Below are positions 45,159-55,116 of a stretch of DNA of 64,000 nucleotides, in pieces. The notes under the pieces were generated by a model. The model was not told the DNA's origin, did not search any database, and saw only the letters and a list, made by a program, of their open reading frames with translations. Every line of letters starts with the position of its first letter. The first letter of the stretch is position 1. Made by a program: the position numbers and the translations under genes. The stretch comes from a virus (taxonomy: Duplodnaviria; Caudoviricetes), in IMG/VR virus record IMGVR_UViG_3300030419_004766, positions 1,945 through 65,944 of that record; one strand, 5' to 3'.

Positions 45159-46824
45159 TTGTGGGTGTTCTTTCGAGGTTCTAGATGAAGATTCTAAAGA
45201 GACTATATCCCAAACAGGACTGCCGTCTATAAATTTCGACATCAAAAAGGCTAAGTATGACTGTGAAAAAACTTGGGGTTTGATCTGCTCTGGACAAACA
45301 AAAGGAGTATTTCAACTAGAAAGCAATTTGGGAAAATCTTGGGCGAAAAGAATCCGGCCAGTAAATATTGAAGAATTGGCGGCTCTTATAGCTTTAATTA
45401 GACCCGGATGCTTGAAGGCTATCATCGATGGAAAATCCATGACACAGCATTATGTAGATAGGAAAAATGGATCAGAAGCCATATCCTATCTTCATGATTC
45501 TCTAGAGCCTATATTGAAAACCACTCAAGGAGTTTTGGTTTATCAAGAGCAAAGTATGCAAATAGCCCAAGTGATAGCGGGCTTTAATCTACAGCAAGGC
45601 GACGATCTTAGAAAAGCTATCGGCAAAAAACAAGCTGGTTTGATGTCAGAAGTAAAAGATTCTTTTCTGGATGGAGCGGATAAAACTGGAATAGTTTCCA
45701 GAGATGTTGCTGAAGAAATTTTTGGTTGGATTGAAAAATCAAACCGGTACGCTTTTAACAAAAGCCATGCTGTTTCTTACGCCGTGTGTGCGTACTGGTC
45801 TGCATACGCCAAGGCTCATTTTCCAATCAATTTTTACTGCAATTACCTATTTTATGCCAATGGAAAACAAGACCCTCAATCTGAAATAAGAGAGCTTGTT
45901 AAGGATGCTAAAATATGTGGCATTCAAGTTTCCCCGCCTTCTATGACTAATATGGACTGCAAGTTTAGTATTAGAAATAAAGTTATAAATTTTGGATTCA
46001 ATGACATAAAATCCGTTGGAGAAAAACAGGTCAGCAAATTATTGCAAGTAATCAAAGATTCTGAAGAAGATTTGTCTAAACTAATAGCAGATTGGTCTTG
46101 GTACGAATTTCTTGTGAATGCCTCTCACAAGATTAACAAAAGCGTTGTCGTATCTCTTATTTCTGTAGGAGCCATGTCTCATTTTGGCCTTAGCCGCAAT
46201 GAAATGTTGTACGAATTCGAGACTTGGCAAAAGCTGACAGATAAAGAAAAGCAGTGGATTATAGAAAGACGAGACGATTGGGATTGTTTAATAGACGCTT
46301 TAACAAAAATGGCCCCAACCAGAAAGAATGGTGGCGGAACCTTTAACACAACTAGAAATTCTATTGTAGAAGATCTCATTCTCTTACTGAAGAACCCACC
46401 GTACTCAATCGAAGATAGTCCGGGTTGGGTTTCAAAAACTGAAAAAGAAGCACTGGGTGTAGCACTAACTTATTCCGAAGTGGATTCGTGCGATGTAAGT
46501 GGCTCAAATTCTACATGTAAAGAGTTTTTTGACGGCAAACGTGGTAATATAATCTTGGCGGTCCAAATTTCCAATTGCAATGAATACATTGTGAAAAATG
46601 GTAGGTCTAAAGGCCAACCCATGGGATTCCTTGCAGTGGAAGATAACACGGGGAGCTTGGATACCATTACTGTTTTTTGCGACCAATGGAAGCAATACAA
46701 GGGGCTGCTATACGAAGGGAATACGGTGCTACTTCATGGGAAATCCTCTGGAGAAGCATCCCCCGGAAAAAAACGATATCAGATCGACGACGGCTTTGTC
46801 GTTGAAAAAGTTTCTCAAATATAG
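45139..46824 (+). CDS. dnaE: DNA polymerase III alpha, C-terminal half (fingers, HhH, OB fold)
   Basis: GVFQLES, ALIRPG, LVYQEQ, LRKAIGKK, YAFNKSHAVSY and FLAVEDNTG motifs; likely start at ATG 45139. Confidence 0.92.
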   Translation: MKNYEFDCGCSFEVLDEDSKETISQTGLPSINFDIKKAKYDCEKTWGLICSGQTKGVFQLESNLGKSWAKRIRPVNIEELAALIALIRPGCLKAIIDGKSMTQHYVDRKNGSEAISYLHDSLEPILKTTQGVLVYQEQSMQIAQVIAGFNLQQGDDLRKAIGKKQAGLMSEVKDSFLDGADKTGIVSRDVAEEIFGWIEKSNRYAFNKSHAVSYAVCAYWSAYAKAHFPINFYCNYLFYANGKQDPQSEIRELVKDAKICGIQVSPPSMTNMDCKFSIRNKVINFGFNDIKSVGEKQVSKLLQVIKDSEEDLSKLIADWSWYEFLVNASHKINKSVVVSLISVGAMSHFGLSRNEMLYEFETWQKLTDKEKQWIIERRDDWDCLIDALTKMAPTRKNGGGTFNTTRNSIVEDLILLLKNPPYSIEDSPGWVSKTEKEALGVALTYSEVDSCDVSGSNSTCKEFFDGKRGNIILAVQISNCNEYIVKNGRSKGQPMGFLAVEDNTGSLDTITVFCDQWKQYKGLLYEGNTVLLHGKSSGEASPGKKRYQIDDGFVVEKVSQI

Positions 46825-46862
46825 TGCGAAAAACGCCTCTTGAGCGTTTTATAGGTTATAGA

Positions 46863-47396
46863 ATGAAAAACGGAGACCTTCTAAATTTTTTTGAAAAACA
46901 TGACTATGTAACAAGAGTCATGGCTTCTGATGACGGGCTTGGATGTACAGTTTCCTTTCCCTCTCAGAAAATGCTTGGCGGCGAAGATAAAGAAACCATC
47001 TGTGTATATCAAATTCAGGAAGAGCCACTCCCGTCTGGAGTACACTACTATTCTTCAGAGAGCTTCAAACCTACTTTTATAGACTGCCCAGCCTACTCTG
47101 CTAGAATAATTATTTTTCAAGACATATTGATGAAAACAGAGAGACTAAAACTCTCCTCACAATTTATTATATATTACGACGAAGAAGGAAACAAACTTAA
47201 CTCAGATTTAACTTTCATAGATTTAATCAACGCTCCTTTTGATGAAGATCAGGCGCTTTTGGAGGAAAAACTCGTAGAAATATTTTACGCTGCGTACCCA
47301 AACTTTACAAAGGAATTTTTAGAATTAGCAGATAAAGAAAATGTGTCGAAGGGCTATGAGTTAATACACCTCGCTTTTTTAATGGAAGGACTTTAG
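46863..47396 (+). CDS. Hypothetical protein
   Basis: ATG 46863 preferred over the track start, which overlaps a small AAAACGC/GCGTTTT hairpin. Confidence 0.6.
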   Translation: MKNGDLLNFFEKHDYVTRVMASDDGLGCTVSFPSQKMLGGEDKETICVYQIQEEPLPSGVHYYSSESFKPTFIDCPAYSARIIIFQDILMKTERLKLSSQFIIYYDEEGNKLNSDLTFIDLINAPFDEDQALLEEKLVEIFYAAYPNFTKEFLELADKENVSKGYELIHLAFLMEGL

Positions 47397-47399
47397 AGC

Positions 47400-47789
47400 A
47401 TGAACAATTGTCATTTTATCGGAAGGTTGGTTCAAGACCCAGAGCTTACAGATGTCAACGAGACTTCTGTGGTAAGGTTCACGCTAGCCGTGAACGAATA
47501 CAGAAAATCCAAGGATGGAGAAAAGAGCAAGAAGGTTGATTATCTTGATTTTGAAGCTTGGGATAGTGGAGCGACAACGATTGACAGATACTGCTCAAAA
47601 GGCGACGAAATTGCTGTAATGGCGTGTGCCCGTCAGGACAAATGGACTGACAAGGATGGCAACCGTAGGTCAAAGATCAAGTTTCGTGTTAACAAGTTTA
47701 AGTTGTTCAACAGATCTCAGACTAAAAACGATTATGAATCACGAGAGACAGTAACTTCACAACAAGCAGCAGACACTGCTCCGTTTTAA
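47400..47789 (+). CDS. ssb: Single-stranded DNA-binding protein (bacterial type)
   Basis: GRLVQDPEL, FTLAVN, W.DKDG..RS and C-terminal APF motifs. Confidence 0.92.
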   Translation: MNNCHFIGRLVQDPELTDVNETSVVRFTLAVNEYRKSKDGEKSKKVDYLDFEAWDSGATTIDRYCSKGDEIAVMACARQDKWTDKDGNRRSKIKFRVNKFKLFNRSQTKNDYESRETVTSQQAADTAPF

Positions 47790-48284
47790 ATGAAATCTGA
47801 AAAACTATCTGAAGATCCTGAGACGCAGCTAGTCGATGAACATTATGGACTAGTTGTGTCTCAGGCTATTCGGCTATCTTCTCAACAAAGTGATCTAGAA
47901 GATTACATGCAGGTTGGCTTTATAGGTCTTTTAAAAGCTATAAGAAATTACAATCCTGAAAAAAGTCAATTTTCTACTTTTGCTACGGTTTGCATAAGAA
48001 ACGAAATCTTCAGGTATATGAGGAAAAACAAGAAAAAGACTTCAAACTTTTACATCAAAAAAGATAACCACTATACCACTAAAGAGCAATTGTGGGAATT
48101 AGTGCCAGATTGTTTAACAGAAAAAGAAAAATTGGTCCTGCAAATGAAAGCTGAGAACTACACACACAAAGAAATAGCAGAAAAGCTGTCTTGTCCCAAA
48201 GGACAAATAAAACATATAGTTAGAAAAATCATAGACATAACGAGAAAATGTTATCGTGAGGAAAAAGAGGATACTTCTTTGTAA
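47790..48284 (+). CDS. RNA polymerase sigma factor (sigma-70 family)
   Basis: DYMQVGFIGLLKAIRNY and FSTFATVCIRNEI (region 2); YTHKEIAEKL (region 4). Confidence 0.88.
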   Translation: MKSEKLSEDPETQLVDEHYGLVVSQAIRLSSQQSDLEDYMQVGFIGLLKAIRNYNPEKSQFSTFATVCIRNEIFRYMRKNKKKTSNFYIKKDNHYTTKEQLWELVPDCLTEKEKLVLQMKAENYTHKEIAEKLSCPKGQIKHIVRKIIDITRKCYREEKEDTSL

Positions 48285-49929
48285 CGAAGCTTCGTTTTTA
48301 AACACAGGCTACGCTACATATGGCCGAGAGGTCATGAAAAGGCTTTATAGCTCCGACAAGTATGAGCTTGCGGAGCTATCTATATATGCACACCCAAAAG
48401 AACCTAGATTACAAGACATACCTTGGGTCACATACCCTAATGCTCCTATTCCTAGCAACAAAGAAGCCGTAAGTCATTACAATTCTAATGGCGTGTACCA
48501 ATTTGGAGAATGGCGATTTGAAGAGGTTCTGTTAGATTTTAAACCAGATATCGTTTTTGACATCAGAGATTTCTGGATGTTAGAATTCGAAGAAAGATCT
48601 CCTTTTCGAGACTTATTCCACTGGGTGATCATGCCTACAGTGGACGCAGAAGGGCAAAACGAACAGTGGCTAGCTACATACGCTAACGCAGACGCGGTCT
48701 TCACATATTCTGATTGGGCGGTGAAGACATTGGATAAAGAGGGAGGAGGGGCAATCAAGTGCTTAGGTAGTGCGCCCCCTTCTGCCGACGAGGTGTACAT
48801 GCCAATTGAAGACAGGGATCAAAATAGACAATCTTTAGGTTTAAGTCCCGATGCAAAAATCGTTGGGACAATAATGAGAAACCAACGGCGAAAATTGTTT
48901 CCAGACCTATTTGAATCATTTAAAAAGTTTCTCGATTCTTATAACAACAGCAATGCTTTCCTGTATTGTCACACCAGCTATCCCGACGTTGGGTGGGACA
49001 TTCCCAAACTATTAAAAGAGCACGGACTTTGCAGTAGAGTTCTTTTTACTTATGTTTGTGAGTTTTGCGAACATATTTTTCCATCATTCTTCCACGACGC
49101 TGTTGCCAAATGTCCTAGGTGTGGAGAATTCAAATGTGGACTAGCAAATGTGCAAAGAGGAGCTTCTCCAGAGTTCCTAGCTAGAATTATTAATACGTTT
49201 GATTTATATGTTCAGTACGCTAACAGCGAAGGATTTGGGCTACCACAAGTAGAGGCGGCTGCTTGTGGAGTTCCTGTCATGTCGGTAGATTATTCTGCAA
49301 TGGATAGCGTAATCAGAAAACTTGGCGGAACTCCTCTAAAATTGAAGACTAAATATCTAGAGTTAGAAACAGGATGTAGACGAGCAGTTCCAGATAACGA
49401 CTATACAGCGAAAAAATTTGCAGAGTTCTTCGAATTGTCGGACGAAGAACAGCTTGAACTGGGTAAAAAATCAAGAGAAAGTTTTCTCAAAAATTATCAA
49501 TACGATGAAACGGCAAAGAAATGGGCGGATCACTTTGACTCCGTAGAAATAAAAGAAGGTGTTTGGGAATCGCCCCCAAAACTACACAACCCATCCACAT
49601 CAGTTCCCAACGGTTTGAATAATCGAGATATTGCCAAGTGGCTTATAATAAATGTTCTGGGAGAGCCAGATAAATTAGATACATATTTAGAAGCTCGCCT
49701 CATAAGAGATTTGAACTATGGCGTTTTTATAGAAGGCACAAGCAGCCTGTATTTCAACGAAGACTCGTTTGCCTATGGCAGACCAGCTTTTAGAGAATTT
49801 AATCTACAAGAAGCATACAATCAATTAGCAGAACTCCGAGAACGCAAAAACTATTGGGAACAGAGACGAACAGGAATGATTCAAGAACCAAGACCACCAT
49901 GGATGCCCAATAATGTTTCCAGTATTTAA
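48256..49929 (+). CDS. Glycosyltransferase family 4 with zinc-finger insertion
   Basis: RNQRRK, SEGFGLPQVEAAACG, and CEFC...CPRC motifs. Confidence 0.85.
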   Translation: MRKKRILLCNEASFLNTGYATYGREVMKRLYSSDKYELAELSIYAHPKEPRLQDIPWVTYPNAPIPSNKEAVSHYNSNGVYQFGEWRFEEVLLDFKPDIVFDIRDFWMLEFEERSPFRDLFHWVIMPTVDAEGQNEQWLATYANADAVFTYSDWAVKTLDKEGGGAIKCLGSAPPSADEVYMPIEDRDQNRQSLGLSPDAKIVGTIMRNQRRKLFPDLFESFKKFLDSYNNSNAFLYCHTSYPDVGWDIPKLLKEHGLCSRVLFTYVCEFCEHIFPSFFHDAVAKCPRCGEFKCGLANVQRGASPEFLARIINTFDLYVQYANSEGFGLPQVEAAACGVPVMSVDYSAMDSVIRKLGGTPLKLKTKYLELETGCRRAVPDNDYTAKKFAEFFELSDEEQLELGKKSRESFLKNYQYDETAKKWADHFDSVEIKEGVWESPPKLHNPSTSVPNGLNNRDIAKWLIINVLGEPDKLDTYLEARLIRDLNYGVFIEGTSSLYFNEDSFAYGRPAFREFNLQEAYNQLAELRERKNYWEQRRTGMIQEPRPPWMPNNVSSI

Positions 49930-50197
49930 AGACAAAACAGGATTTGAAATAACGTTTAATAACGAGGTTACAGTCTCTGTAGAATGGGATTCTTTCAGTG
50001 GCGACCTTGCCTCTGCAAGAGCTTCTCACTCTAAAACTGGAGATTTACACGTCACAAGTTTTGAGAAACAGTACGAAGAAGGTAGCTACACCATTAAAGG
50101 TCTATCGCCTGATCAGCTTCTTAAATTTTTGAACAAGTCTTGCAGTATGCGATTTACAGAAGAAGGCGAACAGTGCGTAGCTTTTTTTGACTTTTAA
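49913..50197 (+). CDS. Hypothetical protein
   Basis: 94-aa ORF. Confidence 0.5.
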   Translation: MFPVFKDKTGFEITFNNEVTVSVEWDSFSGDLASARASHSKTGDLHVTSFEKQYEEGSYTIKGLSPDQLLKFLNKSCSMRFTEEGEQCVAFFDF

Positions 50198-50210
50198 ATA
50201 GATAGAAGAA

Positions 50211-51344
50211 ATGAAAATACTTTTTATCGGCGCTTACAGAGATGGAACGGGGTGGGGTCAAGCTGCGATTGACTACATACTGTCAATGGATCGCGTTGGT
50301 CTAGACGTTGTATGCAGACCGTTGAAGCTGAATCAAAATAATTACGAAATTCCAGAGAGAATATCTGAACTTGAACAGAAGCCTATGAAGGGCGCTAATA
50401 TTTGTATACAGAATGTCCTGCCTCACTACCTAGACTACAATGGGCATTTTGATAAAAATATAGCTCTTTATTTTACAGAAACCGACTCTTTTAAAAATGC
50501 TGTCTGGCCACAAAGAATTAACGCCATGGACGAAGCGTGGGTGGCTTGCGACCAAATGGTGAAGGCTTCACAAAACAGTGGCGTGACCATACCCATCAAA
50601 ACAATTCCATGTGCATCAGATACCAGTAAATTTGACGAGTCAAGACCCAATTTTAATATCCCAGATTTAAATGATACGTTTTCATTTTATTTTATCGGGG
50701 ATATGGTTAGAAGAAAAAACCTTGTAGCTCTACTAAAAGCTTTCCACTTAGAATTTGATACATCAGAAAATGTATCATTGATGATAAAAACTACAAAATA
50801 CGACACAAGTCCAGAAGAAACAATGCAGCATGTGAAAAGCATGTGCAACCAAATAAAAGAAAATCTCAAGATATACCCATCTATAGATAAATATAAATAC
50901 GAATTGATAGTAACAGATCACGTCACAGAAGAAGAGATGCTCAGCCTTCACGAAACTTGTGACTGCTTTGTTATGCCTAGCTTTGGAGAAGCTTGGTGTA
51001 TACCAGCTTTTGACGCTATGGGTTTTGGCAACACCCCCATCTGCTCCAACGTAGGAGGTCCATCAGACTTTTTGAAGAGCGGTGGAGGATTCTTGGTTCC
51101 AGCCAAAGCAGAGCCTGTATTTGGGATGCTAGAAACTTTCAACGACATATATACAGGTCATGAAAATTGGTGGAATATAGATATACGGGCGTTGCAAAAA
51201 GACATGAGGAATGTCTTTGAGATGTGGAAGAACGACAAGTCATCTTATGAAGAGATTCAAAAACAGGGTCGTTTGTCGGCTGAACAGTACTCCTATGAAA
51301 ACATAGGTCTTCTTATTAAAAAAGAGCTAGAAAATGCCAGTTAG
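50211..51344 (+). CDS. Glycosyltransferase family 4
   Basis: RRKNL and MPSFGEAWCIPAFDAMGFG motifs. Confidence 0.85.
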   Translation: MKILFIGAYRDGTGWGQAAIDYILSMDRVGLDVVCRPLKLNQNNYEIPERISELEQKPMKGANICIQNVLPHYLDYNGHFDKNIALYFTETDSFKNAVWPQRINAMDEAWVACDQMVKASQNSGVTIPIKTIPCASDTSKFDESRPNFNIPDLNDTFSFYFIGDMVRRKNLVALLKAFHLEFDTSENVSLMIKTTKYDTSPEETMQHVKSMCNQIKENLKIYPSIDKYKYELIVTDHVTEEEMLSLHETCDCFVMPSFGEAWCIPAFDAMGFGNTPICSNVGGPSDFLKSGGGFLVPAKAEPVFGMLETFNDIYTGHENWWNIDIRALQKDMRNVFEMWKNDKSSYEEIQKQGRLSAEQYSYENIGLLIKKELENAS

Positions 51345-52335
51345 CCCTTTAACAACTATAACAAGAGCCGCAACCAGACAAGATGGCGAGCCTCTCAATA
51401 TATTAACTTTCGTCACCCACGAAAGGTACGAACCAAATTTGTGCAAAACTGGGAACGAATTTTATTCACTCACAGGAGATGGAATAAGAAACTGGAACAC
51501 GCAGTACGCATCCATTCCAGATAATTATCACATTATAAACGCAGATACCGACGAAAATCCAATCCCACTACACGTTGATATAGATTTGGTTCTGTGTCAA
51601 AATGTAATGGCTCAATACTCGTTGGCCAGCCAACTTGCAGATTTTTTTCAAGTTCCATTAATTAACTTATGGCACACATTACCACCTATCAATTGGACCC
51701 CAGAAGAGCTACAATTTTATGGTAGTCTTGCATGCACTGTAGATGTATTTATATCTGACTACAATAAAAATGTATGGGGTAAAAATGATAGCAATGCTAT
51801 TTCAATATATCACGGTGTAGATACTGATTTTTGGAAGCCTTTAGGTTCTGATCGTGAGCAAAGGATGATGTCTGTTGTCAACGATTGGATTAATAGAGAC
51901 TGGTGTTGTGGCTATCAGATTTGGGAAAGAACCGCTAGAGGATTGCCATGCCATGTAATAGGGGATACTCCGGGTCTATCCGAACCTGCCGAATCTTTGG
52001 AGGCTCTCAGAAAAGATTATTCTGAATCTCAGGTGTTTGTGAACACGTCTACGCACTCTCCCATCCCCTGTTCCCTGCTAGAAGCTATGGCTTGTGGGTG
52101 CGCGGTAGTCTCTACGGCTACATGCTTGATTCCAGAAATTATTGAAAACGGAGTCAATGGTTTTTGCACCAACGATGAAAACGAAATGCGCAAATACATG
52201 GTGGAGCTATTAAACAATCCTGAACTTTGTCAAAAGTTAGGAAAAGCCGCCAGACAAACAATCCAAGAAAAATTCAGCATGGATAGGTTTGTTGGAGAAT
52301 GGAATAGTTTATTTTGGAACCTTGTAGATGCATGA
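51334..52335 (+). CDS. Glycosyltransferase family 4
   Basis: SPIPCSLLEAMACGCAVV and IIENGVNG motifs. Confidence 0.82.
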   Translation: MPVSPLTTITRAATRQDGEPLNILTFVTHERYEPNLCKTGNEFYSLTGDGIRNWNTQYASIPDNYHIINADTDENPIPLHVDIDLVLCQNVMAQYSLASQLADFFQVPLINLWHTLPPINWTPEELQFYGSLACTVDVFISDYNKNVWGKNDSNAISIYHGVDTDFWKPLGSDREQRMMSVVNDWINRDWCCGYQIWERTARGLPCHVIGDTPGLSEPAESLEALRKDYSESQVFVNTSTHSPIPCSLLEAMACGCAVVSTATCLIPEIIENGVNGFCTNDENEMRKYMVELLNNPELCQKLGKAARQTIQEKFSMDRFVGEWNSLFWNLVDA

Positions 52336-53053
52336 AGATAAAATCTTTAGCCTAATATACCAGTTCAAAAGATTTGGCATACTTTCCCACTGGATGCCCA
52401 ACGCGATAGGGCTGTGGCCAAACGAACAGGAATGCCTTCTATGGCTAGTATTAAATTCAGACACAAACGCTAACTGGATGGAAATAGGATCATTTTGCGG
52501 AGGTTCTGCTGTTTTAATGTGCTTGGCTAGGCGGATGGTTGCCGAGAGCCAACCAACAGTATACTCTGTAGATTGTGATTTTGATCAATATGGAATGTTT
52601 GACAAAAACGTGTACGGAATGGGTGGGTTTTCTTCCGTCTCTCAGAAAATAGAATGTGATAGCAATAAGCTAGAACAGTATTATAATGGAGATCCTCTAA
52701 GTTTTGTTTTTATAGATGGATTTCATTCGTTTAAACAAGTGGTAAATGATTTTGAAAAAGTGAAGCCTTGGCTAACTAAAGACGCTATTGTTGCATTTCA
52801 TGACGTTTCTCCAGACTTGACGAGTAATATTGATAAAGAATACGATTATGATGAATTATTCAAAAGCGAAAACGAAGATTTTAGACTGGATGAGGCTGTT
52901 TGTTATATATTAAAAAACAATGATGATTTTAGCTTGATTGATATACCAGTCAAGAAAGATATCCAACACTTCAAAGAAACAAACTTAAAGACATGGGTCA
53001 GAGGACAAACAAGTCCATTTAATGCTCTGGCCGCTATAAGGAGAAATTCATGA
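52328..53053 (+). CDS. Class I SAM methyltransferase (Methyltransf_24-like)
   Basis: MEIGSFCGGS, FIDGFH and AFHD motifs. Confidence 0.82.
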   Translation: MHEDKIFSLIYQFKRFGILSHWMPNAIGLWPNEQECLLWLVLNSDTNANWMEIGSFCGGSAVLMCLARRMVAESQPTVYSVDCDFDQYGMFDKNVYGMGGFSSVSQKIECDSNKLEQYYNGDPLSFVFIDGFHSFKQVVNDFEKVKPWLTKDAIVAFHDVSPDLTSNIDKEYDYDELFKSENEDFRLDEAVCYILKNNDDFSLIDIPVKKDIQHFKETNLKTWVRGQTSPFNALAAIRRNS

Positions 53054-53520
53054 GAATAAATTTAATGTGGGGTGATGGACAACCACTTTCTGGATATGTA
53101 AATGTTGATCCGCACAGATACATGGAAGAAGGTATTATTAATTCAGACGTAACAAATCTGGACGATATAGTTGGAAATTCTGAAGCAACTGAGATTGTAG
53201 CTAGTGACGTTATAGATTATCTCCCCAAGGATATGGCGCAAAAGGCAATAGCTCACTGGGTTGGAAAGTTAAGACACAAAGGTAGGATAATCATAGGCGG
53301 TCACGATCTTTACGAGATATCTAAAATTGTATCTCAAAAGGGCATTGATGTAGATGAAGTTTCTGGAATCATACACGGATCGCAAAATCAACCTTGGGAA
53401 TTCAAAACTAGCCACACCACAGCACCCAAGCTGGCCGCACAGCTAGAGCAGCACGGACTAAAGATTCTAAAGAAAAGGGTCAGCGGGTTTAAAATGATCG
53501 TAGAGGCTGTAAGACCATGA
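53050..53520 (+). CDS. Methyltransferase-like protein
   Basis: RINL..G...GYVNVD and LRHKGRI patterns. Confidence 0.6.
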   Translation: MRINLMWGDGQPLSGYVNVDPHRYMEEGIINSDVTNLDDIVGNSEATEIVASDVIDYLPKDMAQKAIAHWVGKLRHKGRIIIGGHDLYEISKIVSQKGIDVDEVSGIIHGSQNQPWEFKTSHTTAPKLAAQLEQHGLKILKKRVSGFKMIVEAVRP

Positions 53521-54308
53521 GAGAAACAAAAGAAGCCAATGGCAAAGTAATAGCGTCATGCAAGGGATGTTTCTTTGCTCACAAAATTGGCATTACTCAG
53601 GTGGGCTGCGAGCTTAATAAAATACAAAGCTTCAGGGATGCTGGAGCGCAAATTGTAGAGGCGGAAGATGAAGCTGAAGAATTTTTTATCATAGATAGGT
53701 TTTGCAGCACATACAGAACTAAAGACTGGGCAGATTCTGTCGAAGATACAAAAGCTCAGATATTACTAGAAACATCCATTCCAGTCAATTTTATTGTTTT
53801 GCATTCGACACAGTCTACCATTGATGACTTAGAGGTAACACTAAAAGACATACAGAAACAAGATAATAAACCTATTAGTGTGTCTATTGTAGTACAAGAC
53901 AAAGATATTGAAGACGGATTTGGCCTCAGACACAGGACTCACGAATATCTAGACAGAATAGATGTTAAGTTTTATATTGTAACTATGCTTGATAAAGAGT
54001 GCGAAGAATTGGAAATGGTTGATGAGGCTTTTAACAAATGTGTCAACGGCTACTACTCAGTTTTTAGGTCTGGCTCTAACATTCCTCAAAACTTTATAAT
54101 GAAAATTAATGAAGCTGTGAACATTGATCTTGAGCCACTTAGTATGATTCGCCCCAAAGACGATATAAATGGCTTAACAGTACAGTGCGTGGTTCATAAA
54201 TTCCTTAATGGAAACTATAAAATTCCCGTGCAAAAAAAGATAGAATTATTCGCAGAAGAAACAGACCGTTTGTCATTTATCAAGCCTTGGGATGCATACT
54301 ATGAATAA
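53517..54308 (+). CDS. Hypothetical, possibly degenerate GT-A protein
   Basis: N-terminal CxxC domain; lies in the glycan cluster. Confidence 0.5.
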   Translation: MRETKEANGKVIASCKGCFFAHKIGITQVGCELNKIQSFRDAGAQIVEAEDEAEEFFIIDRFCSTYRTKDWADSVEDTKAQILLETSIPVNFIVLHSTQSTIDDLEVTLKDIQKQDNKPISVSIVVQDKDIEDGFGLRHRTHEYLDRIDVKFYIVTMLDKECEELEMVDEAFNKCVNGYYSVFRSGSNIPQNFIMKINEAVNIDLEPLSMIRPKDDINGLTVQCVVHKFLNGNYKIPVQKKIELFAEETDRLSFIKPWDAYYE

Positions 54309-55116
54309 AAATGATCTTCCCGTGGTGACAATAATAATTGCTAACTACAACTATGGAAATCATATAGAGACTGCTATTGACAGCGCTGTAAAACAAAATT
54401 ATCCGGGCCAATTGCAAATATGTATTGTGGATGATGGTTCTACCGACGACTCTTGGGAAATTATTAAAAAGCGAGTCGGTGGAAGCAGCGAAACATTTTT
54501 AGACGATATGATAGTCATAGAATCTGAAGGAGACCATCCTAACCAAAAATTTATAGCTATCCATAGAGACAATGGAGGGGCTAGCGCAGCAAGAAACACA
54601 GGAATACAATACACTTGGGATGAAACTCATGCCTTTGCGATTCTAGATGCTGATGATGAATATTATCCGAACAAAGTAACCCGAATGGTGAAAAAGTTTT
54701 TAGAAAACCCCACTAGAATTGGCGTTGTATATGCAGATTATGATATACATGATTTAAACACTGGAAAAGTGGTTCGGGAATATAAGCAGCCTTACAACAG
54801 GGAAGTTCTTATGAACGAATGCATAGTTCATAGCAACGCTCTGATTAGCAAACTAGCCTTCGCTGCCACAAATGAACCGACAGGTTTTTATGATGTCAAT
54901 TTGCATGGGCCAGCAGGGGGAGAATTTATTGGCTGCTCTGAAGACTATGACTTGTGGATAAGAATAAGCGAAAAATTTATGATTGTACATCTGCCAGAAT
55001 CTCTAGCAAAAGCAAACATAACTGGATACAATCAGACAACACACGTTACAGCAGAAGTGTTTCACAATAATTTTCAGTATATGATGTCTAAAATGCACAA
55101 GAGAATGAATGGTTAG
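54292..55116 (+). CDS. Glycosyltransferase family 2
   Basis: IIANYNY, VDDGSTD, NGGASAARN, LDADD and EDYDLW motifs. Confidence 0.9.
   Translation: MHTMNKNDLPVVTIIIANYNYGNHIETAIDSAVKQNYPGQLQICIVDDGSTDDSWEIIKKRVGGSSETFLDDMIVIESEGDHPNQKFIAIHRDNGGASAARNTGIQYTWDETHAFAILDADDEYYPNKVTRMVKKFLENPTRIGVVYADYDIHDLNTGKVVREYKQPYNREVLMNECIVHSNALISKLAFAATNEPTGFYDVNLHGPAGGEFIGCSEDYDLWIRISEKFMIVHLPESLAKANITGYNQTTHVTAEVFHNNFQYMMSKMHKRMNG

Noticed and set aside
38280-45260. Split intein or self-splicing intron joining the dnaE halves
   Set aside because: No intein N- or C-terminal motifs, no reverse transcriptase/maturase or homing endonuclease between the halves, and the gap is filled with coupled metabolic genes.
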